Shown here: positions 1 to 8,700 of the stretch, one piece after another
Numbering within the stretch: position 1 is the stretch's first letter
Layout of the letters: every line of letters starts with the position of its first letter
DNA from: a virus
Lineage: Duplodnaviria; Caudoviricetes
IMG/VR virus record: IMGVR_UViG_3300012952_004103
Coordinates: 1 to 55,965 of that record
DNA: 55,965 nucleotides
Reading direction: 5' to 3' (one strand)
Position numbers and translations under genes: made by a program
Notes under the pieces: generated by a model
The model's input: the letters and a program-made list of their open reading frames with translations, nothing else
Databases searched by the model: none
What the model was told of the DNA's origin: nothing

Positions 1-306
1 GGTCACACCAACAGCAAGTCTGCTGAACGTGCACTGGCCATGATCACTGACTACTGCAAGGAGCACTACTGCAATGCTATCGTCATCGGCCAGGTCAACA
101 AGTCTGGACAGATGGCTGGTACCAACAAGCTTAAGCACATGGTTGACGCCATGATGCACCTCTCCGTAGAGACGAAGGACAAGGACCTTGAAGGTTGCCG
201 AGTCCTCCAAACCACGAAGAACCGGTTCGGTGGCTGTGGCCACACCTTCTTCCTGGCTCTCGGTCGGGACGGATTTAAGGAAGTTGCTCGGGTCTCCGCA
301 GCCTAA
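1..306 (+). CDS. RadA/Sms-like RecA-fold ATPase, 3' part (5' end outside window)
   Basis: Frame is open from base 1. IGQVNKSGQMAG...LKHMVDA...KNRFG matches the RadA/Sms C-terminal ATPase motifs. Confidence 0.8.
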   Translation, partial: GHTNSKSAERALAMITDYCKEHYCNAIVIGQVNKSGQMAGTNKLKHMVDAMMHLSVETKDKDLEGCRVLQTTKNRFGGCGHTFFLALGRDGFKEVARVSAA

Positions 307-320
307 CAGCTAACGGGACT

Positions 321-377
321 GGTGTCCGGGGTGGGTAACTTCCTACCTTGGTCGAGCCCCGGACACCTTCTTTTTTT
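321..377 (+). terminator. Intrinsic terminator
   Basis: 11-bp stem GGTGTCCGGGG (321-331) / CCCCGGACACC (357-367) followed by TTCTTTTTTT, just after a stop codon. Confidence 0.75.
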
Positions 378-403
378 AGACCAAGCTTATATGGTACTGA
401 TAC

Positions 404-544
404 ATGGTAGAGATTTTAGATACAATTTTAATGTGGCTGGTAGGGTTCTGGACCCTCAGCGCTATGTTTGTGGTCATTAAGGTCGCAGTCATAGGTTTCT
501 TTGCGTACATTATCACGGCGTGTATTATGAAGTGGGGTGGATAA
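404..544 (+). CDS. Small hydrophobic membrane protein (46 aa), not in ORF track
   Basis: Translates as MVEILDTILMWLVGFWTLSAMFVVIKVAVIGFFAYIITACIMKWGG*. Stop overlaps the next start (TAATG). Confidence 0.55.
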   Translation: MVEILDTILMWLVGFWTLSAMFVVIKVAVIGFFAYIITACIMKWGG

Positions 545-666
545 TGTATTGGATAATGTGTATAGCACTAATAGTATATGCAGCGTTTGCTGTAGGAGTC
601 ACGTATCTTCTTTGTAAGGCGATGTTGTGGTTCATGCCAGGAGGTAAGAAAGATGATGAAGTTTGA
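544..666 (+). CDS. Small membrane protein (40 aa), not in ORF track
   Basis: Translates as MYWIMCIALIVYAAFAVGVTYLLCKAMLWFMPGGKKDDEV*. Translationally coupled to the previous ORF. Confidence 0.55.
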   Translation: MYWIMCIALIVYAAFAVGVTYLLCKAMLWFMPGGKKDDEV

Positions 667-880
667 TGAAGGAGATGTGGTAAAACATATAAGCGCTCCG
701 GATACAGTGGGTCTAGTCATTGAGGCTATGCCGGCTTACCCGTCAGAGGATGCAGTCATTAGAGATATCAGCGGTAACAACTATCAAGTATACTGGTCAA
801 TTGCACCACCGGGTGACACTGACCTCGACGAGAACTGGTACCCCGAAGAACACCTGGCTATTATCAAGGAGCAACGCTAA
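653..880 (+). CDS. Hypothetical protein, SH3/KOW-like small beta-barrel
   Basis: AGGAGG SD upstream. Pattern FDEGDVVKH...GLVIE...YQVYW...EEHL. Confidence 0.7.
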   Translation: MMKFDEGDVVKHISAPDTVGLVIEAMPAYPSEDAVIRDISGNNYQVYWSIAPPGDTDLDENWYPEEHLAIIKEQR

Positions 881-1077
881 TGTCAATCACAGTACCCTAC
901 ACAGTCATCCTACAAAGCGTCAGTACCGGAAGCGTGTCTACGATGCTCATGGAAGCCTCACCTAACACTCCGGCTGCACAGGCTAGGGCAAATACAGTAG
1001 CTCCGCAAGGGACGCATGTCGTGGCTCTGGTGAAGGGCAACCATCCGGTCATTCCGGGTGTCCCATCTCGTATGTAG
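880..1077 (+). CDS. Hypothetical protein
   Basis: AAGGAG SD and TAATG coupling with the upstream gene. Confidence 0.6.
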   Translation: MSITVPYTVILQSVSTGSVSTMLMEASPNTPAAQARANTVAPQGTHVVALVKGNHPVIPGVPSRM

Positions 1078-1120
1078 GAGAGCGCCGGCATAAAAAAAGA
1101 ATTGCCGAGCTGACAGAATC

Positions 1121-1150
1121 GTGTAATACAGATACAGAGTATGGTATAAT
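1121..1150 (+). promoter_or_regulatory. Sigma70-like promoter with extended -10
   Basis: GTGTAA at 1121, 18-nt spacer, TGG-TATAAT (1142-1150), upstream of an SD and the ORF at 1185. Confidence 0.6.
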
Positions 1151-1184
1151 AGAACTATAAGGTAAAGGAATGAGGAAAGAGATT

Positions 1185-1346
1185 ATGTTTCGAGTCGGTC
1201 ACATCGTACGCCATCGTGATACTGCACAGGTTGGGCGCATTGTAGCCCTGTCCCATGCACGTGACGAGTACCTGGTGCTCTGGGCTGACCGGTCCCAGTC
1301 TCGGCACTCCCGGTACATGCTTGTTACGGAGGTCCAAAAAGTGTAA
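1185..1346 (+). CDS. Hypothetical 53-aa SH3/KOW-like protein, not in ORF track
   Basis: MFRVGHIVRHRDTAQVGRIVALSHARDEYLVLWADRSQSRHSRYMLVTEVQKV*, with GAGGA SD and a promoter upstream. Confidence 0.7.
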   Translation: MFRVGHIVRHRDTAQVGRIVALSHARDEYLVLWADRSQSRHSRYMLVTEVQKV

Positions 1347-1376
1347 TGATATCAAGGACTTATGGGACCGTAACCT

Positions 1377-1495
1377 GGGGTGTTACGGAGGGGCTAAAAA
1401 GGGGCCCACCTGAGGGGGCCTGTATACAGCCTGAAACAGGCCCCCTTGCGAGGCCCCCTTCTGACTGCTCTCTGGCCCCCTTCTCGGGCCCCCTT
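1377..1495. repeat. GC-rich element with four GGCCCCCTT direct repeats plus inverted copies
   Basis: GGCCCCCTT at 1439, 1452, 1474 and 1487. AGGGGGCCTGT (1413-1423) is complementary to ACAGGCCCCCT (1436-1446). Confidence 0.85.
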
Positions 1496-1597
1496 GCATA
1501 CTCTGTGGAGCCTTCTCCTGGGCCACCGTCGCTAAGTCCGCGCTCTCGTTTCTCGAGGGGGATTTCAAACGAACTGCAGTTTTTGAGGAGAATATAA

Positions 1598-1879
1598 ATG
1601 GTCAAAGTTTTAGTTGATAGAAAGAATTGGAAAGAAACCATCCCGATTTTCGTCATGCACTACCGAGATATGGAGATGATGGACCCGGGAAGCACACTAC
1701 TTCGAAAGATTCGAAGGCAATATGCCTCTATGGCTCGTGGTGGGGATGGAGGAATGCTAGACTATATCCCACTTGGTTGGGAAGGCCACTGTCCACCTAC
1801 AGTCCGGGAAACTAACTACCCCGATGCACCCACAGCATTCTTTCAGGAGCTATGTGATCTACTTGGATGGGAGAGATAA
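1598..1879 (+). CDS. Hypothetical protein
   Basis: GAGGAG SD, ATG start, 93 aa. Confidence 0.7.
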   Translation: MVKVLVDRKNWKETIPIFVMHYRDMEMMDPGSTLLRKIRRQYASMARGGDGGMLDYIPLGWEGHCPPTVRETNYPDAPTAFFQELCDLLGWER

Positions 1880-1883
1880 AAAT

Positions 1884-2228
1884 ATGGAGACGGCAGTAAA
1901 AGGAAAAAGCTCAAAATCACTCGAGACATCTCGAGCAGATTTCAATCCGAATTCGGTAAGTGCTAGACTAGGGAACAACCTTGAGTTTATCGCAACATAC
2001 CTGTTTACGCATTGGGGAGCAAAATCATCCGACGTTCGCCGGGCCCTTTGTCGTTTCCGCGGTAAGGAATACCATAGGGGGATGTACTGCTCATACTTCG
2101 CGCACCTCCCCATGTATAGGCGCAAGGCTCAGTATAGAGATCGGTATTGGACGAAGAAAGATAATGGTTGGTACCTAACCACACAGGGAATGGGATTAGT
2201 TAAGTTAAAAGGAGAAAGTAATGTTTAA
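1884..2228 (+). CDS. Hypothetical basic protein, possible winged-helix
   Basis: Likely start at ATG 1884 (METAVK). The C-terminal GWYLTTQG resembles a winged-helix wing. Confidence 0.6.
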   Translation: METAVKGKSSKSLETSRADFNPNSVSARLGNNLEFIATYLFTHWGAKSSDVRRALCRFRGKEYHRGMYCSYFAHLPMYRRKAQYRDRYWTKKDNGWYLTTQGMGLVKLKGESNV

Positions 2229-2484
2229 GAAAGGTGATTTAATCAAGAATAAGAGATCCGGCCTCTTGGCCGAAGTAACCCGCGATGGGTATACCTTCCG
2301 ATTCATGGATGTGCAAGACCGTGAGATGGAGGCGCATGGTATGGGAGACCTGGCCGGTGTCTACGGCACTGCCTATGACGCTGTCTACCTCACCGGTGAT
2401 AGTCAAGGTCGCAAAATTCGAATCCGAGCCCAGCACCGTGGATGGAGTAAGGTCACCCCCGAGGTGACCCATGTCCAAGGGTAA
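2221..2484 (+). CDS. Hypothetical protein, SH3/KOW-like start
   Basis: AGGAG SD. Starts MFKKGDLIKNK. Confidence 0.7.
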   Translation: MFKKGDLIKNKRSGLLAEVTRDGYTFRFMDVQDREMEAHGMGDLAGVYGTAYDAVYLTGDSQGRKIRIRAQHRGWSKVTPEVTHVQG

Positions 2485-3007
2485 AGATAAGAATTTGTGG
2501 GACTTACCCACCAAGGGCAGTTACGACACCTCGTACGATGTCCCGTATAACACAACAGTATGTGATAGCCGGCATATGCCTGACCCTGATCCAGACCCTT
2601 TCGGTAAGACGTATTGGGAGTGGAGCGATAATAAGTCATATGACGAGTGGCAATGGGAAAGAGTAACCCCGAGCTTATCCGTCTATAACGATGAACAACA
2701 TGACGCCGAAGAGATAAAGAAGAAGTGGAGCGGCGCACTCGTCAAGTTCAGTACGTACCTATATGCTCGTAGTATGGGAGTCAACATCTATGACCCAGTT
2801 AACTATGGGCTAAACATCCACTCAGAAAACTCAAGTCGGAAAGACTTACCTCACTCAGCAGACGTATATAGACATACCGGTACAGTGTTCGAGGTCGATA
2901 GTAGACCCAACTACCGAGGGCAATGGTGTGTTAGCGTGCTATGGTCAGATGGAATGGTTTCCTACGAGAACATACTAGACTTAGAGATCATCCAAGCTAA
3001 GACATAG
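2471..3007 (+). CDS. Hypothetical protein
   Basis: GAGGTG SD, overlaps the previous gene. The C-terminal GTVFEV...VSVLWSDG...LDLEII is SH3-like. Confidence 0.65.
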   Translation: MSKGKDKNLWDLPTKGSYDTSYDVPYNTTVCDSRHMPDPDPDPFGKTYWEWSDNKSYDEWQWERVTPSLSVYNDEQHDAEEIKKKWSGALVKFSTYLYARSMGVNIYDPVNYGLNIHSENSSRKDLPHSADVYRHTGTVFEVDSRPNYRGQWCVSVLWSDGMVSYENILDLEIIQAKT

Positions 3008-3079
3008 CAGTTTTTTCCAAAGCTACATAAGTAGTAATAGAGGGGCCTATAGACGGGCCTTTCTGTTTGGAGTAAAGTT

Positions 3080-3331
3080 TTGGATAAGTGCAAGAGGCAG
3101 TACGCGGCGGGAGATCTAGTACGCATCGCCTCCCTTCCCAGAAAACAAGGCAATAGTCCTGTATGGACCCCTGATCCGCAAGGTGAATATATTGGGCTGG
3201 TAATAGATGAGAGTCCTAACCGCCAACTTCATCATGCTTTAATAGGGCAATGCTTGGTAGTTAAGTTATCAACCGGGGAACTGGTTACCTTATCTGCTAA
3301 TATGCTTGAGCATGCTTTTATTAGAGACTGA
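3080..3331 (+). CDS. Hypothetical protein, SH3/KOW-like
   Basis: GGAG SD with TTG start. YAAGDLVRI...IGLVI pattern. Confidence 0.6.
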   Translation: MDKCKRQYAAGDLVRIASLPRKQGNSPVWTPDPQGEYIGLVIDESPNRQLHHALIGQCLVVKLSTGELVTLSANMLEHAFIRD

Positions 3332-3426
3332 TTGTTAATTGCGAGTTATTCTCTTGGCCGGCGTATACTCCCGGTGTGCGCGTATTATACTTGGCTAATG
3401 CAACCACCCAAGGCGGCTCACTAACT

Positions 3427-3654
3427 ATGCAAGATAAAAGTAGATGGCGCGAACCTCAACCCGGTGATCTCGCCGACGTCCGCCAATTCGGATATGGCGG
3501 TAAGCCTACACTTCCTATGCGGGGTGTACTCATTCTATCCTATTGTCCGAGCAATGTCTACGAATCAGCTAGCTGTGAGGTCTACTGCCATGGCGATATC
3601 TTTTGGGTAGAAACGAAATATCTTACCCTATATCCCGGTGACAGTGTGGGCTAA
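3427..3654 (+). CDS. Hypothetical protein, SH3/KOW-like
   Basis: Likely start MQDKSR. PQPGDLADV...GVLIL...EVYC...KYL pattern. Confidence 0.55.
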   Translation: MQDKSRWREPQPGDLADVRQFGYGGKPTLPMRGVLILSYCPSNVYESASCEVYCHGDIFWVETKYLTLYPGDSVG

Positions 3655-3992
3655 GGGCAGGCATGGACCCAAGCATGCCACGTGGCCACTCATATCCGGT
3701 CGTATGGGAGGTTTCTCGTTATCCGAAGGTATGTAATTGGATTAAGTTTACCCGGCCCTTACACCGATGATTAGAGCCTCGAGGCATATACCATTATATT
3801 ACTTGTGCGCATACGCGCGTACACAAGGCTCATTCCTATTCTTCATCAAAAGAAGTTTTCTGTTCTAGTGCATAGTTATTAATGCACTCGCTGTGCGTTT
3901 CTGTTTGTTGTTTACTTAACTAGTTATCGTTTCCGTTGATCAACGTTGCGTTATCTGAGTTCTAACTCAAATCATGAACAAGGAGAAACAAC

Positions 3993-4343
3993 ATGAAAGA
4001 ACTATTTGTAGATGCATGGGCATTAATCGTTTCGGTATTATCCGGAGCTGTAGAAGTTTCCAAAGATGCCATTAACCTCGCTATCGTAGAAGATCCCTTC
4101 TGGCGTGGCGTAGAGTTAACTCTTCTCGTTGGCTTTGCCATTATGAAGAGAAAAGCGGTTATGGATGCGCTAGACAGAGTTCCATTAGTCGGAGGCGTTT
4201 TAGTCTATGTTCCCCGCAAGGTGGACGCAGGCTGTGACTGGTTACTTGGTAAAGCAAAGGCTGGTCTCGATTTTCTTAAATCCAAAACAATTGATCCTGT
4301 TATGGCAGCGATCTCTAAAGCCGACAAGAAACTAAGAGATTAA
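3993..4343 (+). CDS. Hypothetical membrane-associated protein
   Basis: AAGGAG SD and hydrophobic segments. Confidence 0.7.
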   Translation: MKELFVDAWALIVSVLSGAVEVSKDAINLAIVEDPFWRGVELTLLVGFAIMKRKAVMDALDRVPLVGGVLVYVPRKVDAGCDWLLGKAKAGLDFLKSKTIDPVMAAISKADKKLRD

Positions 4344-4444
4344 TAAACCTTTGAATATAAACATTTGAATTTACGTACCAAAAATTAAATTGTACATTTG
4401 CCCACTGTGGGCCTAACCGGTTAGCTTATAGTTGGAGTTTTAGA

Positions 4445-4885
4445 ATGAAAATTAAGAAATCAATTCTTAGAAAAATCATTCGGGAAGAAGCGGGGCACCT
4501 CAATGAGGGGTGTCCCGTGGATCTCCCTTGTCCCTATGCCATGGCTGATGAATTAAAAGCCAGCGGCGCAAGTCCTGAAGAATTACTATCCTGGGTTGCA
4601 ACGTTGACCCAAGAGCTAGTTTCCCCAAGTGGTGAAGCAGCTGCTGACGCGGAAGGAGTGCCAAGCACTCTTGACAGCGTTAGCGAACCAGTATCCGCTC
4701 CTATAGGAATTGCTCTCGAGAGTCGGAGACGAAACCGTCAAAAACTCTCGAGCCGCCAACTTCGTAATATCATTGAGTCGGTCGTCGGGCCGGGTGATTT
4801 AGTTCGGCCGCCTTCGAAGCCTGTTCTTCCAAAAAAGAATAGTAAAGCCAAGAGGCGCTCGAGCACTCTCCGCAAGCGGAGATAG
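4445..4885 (+). CDS. Hypothetical protein with two LRxIIxE helical motifs
   Basis: GGAG SD. Starts MKIKKSILRKIIREE, with an internal SRQLRNIIES. Confidence 0.75.
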   Translation: MKIKKSILRKIIREEAGHLNEGCPVDLPCPYAMADELKASGASPEELLSWVATLTQELVSPSGEAAADAEGVPSTLDSVSEPVSAPIGIALESRRRNRQKLSSRQLRNIIESVVGPGDLVRPPSKPVLPKKNSKAKRRSSTLRKRR

Positions 4886-4887
4886 TC

Positions 4888-5082
4888 TTGTTTAAGTTTG
4901 TGTTAAAGTATGTTGGGTTTATTTGCGTTTCAGTTTCATGCATGTTCATACTAGAATATGCTTTTGATATGCCTGTGACGGAGACTTTTTTAGATGTTGT
5001 TAATGATGCCACTTCAGCATTCAACAAATTAGGTAGTGGTTTAAACCAGGAAGACCTTAAGATTCAGGATCATGTCAAATAA
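4888..5082 (+). CDS. Small membrane protein
   Basis: Hydrophobic N-terminus. Tiles between neighbouring genes. Confidence 0.5.
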   Translation: MFKFVLKYVGFICVSVSCMFILEYAFDMPVTETFLDVVNDATSAFNKLGSGLNQEDLKIQDHVK

Positions 5083-5308
5083 CTCAAGGTCAAAATCATA
5101 CGGAATCGATATCGGTGATTTAACACTTTGGAATCCTACAGTCCCGGGGGAAACCCCGGGACTTATTTTATCTACTGTAGATGAAGAAGGAAGAGTTGTT
5201 GTTTATGCCGAAGGAAAGACACATACAGTTAACTGGACTCAAGTTCGACCTATATATAGAATAGATGGTACTAAGGTGACGTATGAAGATAAGAAAATCA
5301 ACACATAA
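5072..5308 (+). CDS. Hypothetical protein, SH3/KOW-like
   Basis: IDIGDLTLW...GLIL...VVVY pattern, overlapping both neighbours. Confidence 0.6.
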   Translation: MSNNSRSKSYGIDIGDLTLWNPTVPGETPGLILSTVDEEGRVVVYAEGKTHTVNWTQVRPIYRIDGTKVTYEDKKINT

Positions 5309-5651
5309 CCGGATAATCTCTCGAGCCGCTAATATCCTGAAAGAGGAGATGGCGGCCGGCGTTGATATGCTTAATTGGAATCAACTCGAAGCCGGTGACC
5401 TGGTCGACGTTGAGGGTGACTATAACAGATACTCCGGAGTACGTATCACTCAAAAGGTAAAAGATGTGTCACAACATTCAGGCTTACCAGCTGGTCCAGG
5501 ATTCATAGGTACCGACAGTCGTGGGGATGAGATAGTATTTTCGATATCCGACGTCGACGTAACATCATATGAAAAGTATGCCTTTGCGGAAGCAGCCCGC
5601 CTCAAGTCTATCCTTAGGCTTCTTATCAAAGAGCAAAATAAGCAACTTTAA
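5283..5651 (+). CDS. Hypothetical SH3-like protein flanked by helical tags
   Basis: Starts MKIRKS...NILKEE, core LEAGDLVDV, ends LKSILRLLIKEQ. Confidence 0.7.
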   Translation: MKIRKSTHNRIISRAANILKEEMAAGVDMLNWNQLEAGDLVDVEGDYNRYSGVRITQKVKDVSQHSGLPAGPGFIGTDSRGDEIVFSISDVDVTSYEKYAFAEAARLKSILRLLIKEQNKQL

Positions 5652-5690
5652 TTTTGTGTTGCCCTCTTCATACGTTATCTAATTCTCGCA

Positions 5691-5713
5691 ATAATTAGTT
5701 TTGACTATTTATT
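5691..5713 (+). promoter_or_regulatory. Putative late promoter motif(s), TANTTA
   Basis: ATAATTAG and CTATTTAT upstream of the large virion-type gene. The same motif recurs before structural genes at 31593 and 52970. Confidence 0.45.
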
Positions 5714-5751
5714 ATATGCATCTATAGATGATTGGCATAGGAGTTTAACTA

Positions 5752-8700
5752 ATGGCAACTAGCGTTTTTGACATATTATGTGATACCGAGCAGACAATCG
5801 GCGGCTTTCAGTTTGGTATTAATAGTACTACTAACATATCGGTCGTTACAGCTAGCGGTGGTGCCGCGGCCGCAGTCGGCTTTTTGGTAACTGCAACGAC
5901 AGAAACTGTACTTGGGTTTCATCTGGGCGGGCAAAATATCGAACCATCTGATCTCAGTGGCGCCGATGGAGTGTTGGTTCAATTAACTGTTGAGTATGAT
6001 GGTGATGCTCCAACGCTATGCGTAGATGAATTAGTATTTTCTGATCCTTCCGGAACACCTATGGAGCTCGAGGTTGCTAGCACAAACTGCTTGTTAGTGA
6101 CCGATGTTGATGAAGAGGATTTAGGAGATGGTTCTAGCGACAGCCCTCCTCCAGCGCTAGCGCCACTTGATAGTGGCAATATCATGGAATGGAATGTACA
6201 TAGCGACTTAGATGATGGTAGTATTGTTAACATTGACAATTATTCATGTAACCAGCCTGAGTCTTTTGCTGTTAATGCATATGCAGTACATACAATGAGA
6301 CACATGGAGGAATGGGTCCCTTACCTAAGACAAAATAAGAAAGCGGATGGTAGTACGGTAAGCGACAGTAATAAGTTATCCGATGGATCGGTGAGCTATT
6401 TTGATCATGAATCAGATAGGATCAACTTTGAAAATAGTATCAATGACATTGCATATATACACTCTTTATGGGGCTTAATGTTCAATGGGTATGTTGATAG
6501 TGTTAACTGGGGCGAATGGGTTCGAACTGCAAAAGAACGTTCAGTTACTGTAACTGATTCTCATGGCGAAGTCATTGATGTGGTTGATGGCTATAAAGCA
6601 TTTATCCGCGAATACACTGTCGGTGGGGATAAGGCCATTGACTTAAGTGGAATATATTGTGGCCCGCCGGCTGCAGTACAATTGTTATCACTAGACCCCA
6701 CATATAATAATGGACAACCTGGTTTAGATGCAACCGTTATACTATATATCCCTTATGATACAACCGGACGTAGCAGTAATGCTAGTCTAGACAACACACG
6801 CTTAGCCTGGAGAATTTCTAGGGTTACCGATAATGGCTGGGGTGGTGGAGAATTTTTTGGGAATGAAGGCGATTCCTCATGGGTGTTAAAAGGTACTCAA
6901 GAAGTAACAAATCTTGCTTCAAGCTGGGTTCAAGGGGACGATATAGCTAGTCCAGTATTTGATGGTATATGGGGCAGAACATATACAGCAACGCTATCTA
7001 TTAATCTTACTAGCGACTCATTAGGTAACTCAGCCGGTAGTGGCGAGTATAGCGATCTCATGACAATCCCCGGGATCATTGAATCCTCTAATATGACTTA
7101 TGGTATGCAGTGTGCCCTTGTTAATTCGAGTGGGGACATCTGGAGTGAGGGTGATCGAGAAACAATTGTTTCAACACGTGTTGCCGACTTACAGGTAGCT
7201 ACCTTTGATCCAATTGATATTGAGTACAAGAATAATAACAATTTTGATGATGATATTGACAACGTTAATATCGGAGGGTGGGATATCAGGGCTAATCTTG
7301 CACTTGATGCGCGCATCTCTGCATACTGGGGAGATGATGATACTGTACCGAGAGTATACTCTGATAATGATAATTCCTCCGATTGGGCATGGGGTTTAAG
7401 TGGCGCGGACTATGCGTCAATCTCAGCCGGCACCGGACAAGACTCAGAATTTCAAGTTGTTGATTTTAACGACCAAATGGATGAAGATGAACAGCTGACA
7501 GTAACTGTCCATGCATATACCAACACAGGTAGAGGATCTTCTGGATCATTTGACATTGATCTATTAACTATCATAAGCGCTGCAACAACAGCAGTAGCAG
7601 CTAGCCCAGATACTGGAAACCCTCATCTCTCTAACGGCACCTTACCAAGAACCGGTGACGTATTTACCGTCAGTACAGATCCGCATGCGGCATCTGACAA
7701 TATTGTCATAACACTAACAATGAATGCGACATATGACACCGGTAGTGGTGATGATGAGACTGGGTGGAGATATAGGGTTAATGGTGGTGCTGGATTCGGT
7801 GATATTCAGACAAGTCTAGACAATGAGCTAACTGTTAATGTTCCTGGAAATTCTGACACGAGTACAATTATTGTTGAGGTCAATCATCCATTAGCAGATG
7901 TTGATCCATCCATGGTCGGGCCTTGGGTATATACTATCAACGTTTCCCCAACATGTGCTGAGTATATTTGGGAAGGGTTTTCTATATCACTATCTGATGA
8001 TCCGGATAAAATGCTTATTCTTTGTGCAGACAGTGGTGACGGGGAAGAGTATGCAGAGAAAGATATCGACGGGTCGTTAGGTGTTATAACAGTCTCCCAA
8101 GACGGTTCATCTTCCGAACAAGGCATTTATGACGATAATGATCATTGGCCGGTAGACGAGGTATCAGTTGCCATCAGCGAACGGGCACCTGATGGTAATA
8201 CAACCCTATTATCTTCTTTAAGTTATCACCCATCATTTGGGTTGGTAGCAGCAGCGTCTACTGCTCCTGCAGGTGTGCCGGCTGGTGTATACACGTATAC
8301 TGCAACCCTGACTAACAATATATGTGGGGTTACTGAAAGTGCTGATGTAGATTTTAGTGTCGAGGTATTAAGCTGCTCATCACCTTGCGCATTCCAAGAC
8401 GACATGGATGCAATCCATAACGGAGATGGAGGAATGATAGCCGGGACTGATGGGCATATAGCATTATGTGCCACAACTGATAACGAAGTAACACCAGGTG
8501 ATGGTGTATTATCAACTTCGCCTGGAGGTATTTGGGTCAAGTTCCCTAGTGATCCAGATATGAAGATTCCCATATACGATTCAGCATGGACCGAAGTTAC
8601 GGACTGGAGTATTACCTTGGCCGATGATGGTAGGCTCGGCGGGCCAAGGATTGAATGGCGTGTGCCTGACTATAATGGCGACGGCCAAGATGATCTACCA

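Noticed and set aside
1439-1495. Mini-CRISPR reading of the GGCCCCCTT repeats
   Set aside because: The 9-bp repeats and 4-13-bp gaps are far too short.
1346-1656. ORFs 1346-1597(+), 1360-1656(-) and 1383-1568(-)
   Set aside because: Pro/Gly-rich translations of the GC-rich repeat element with no SD or motifs, so likely spurious.
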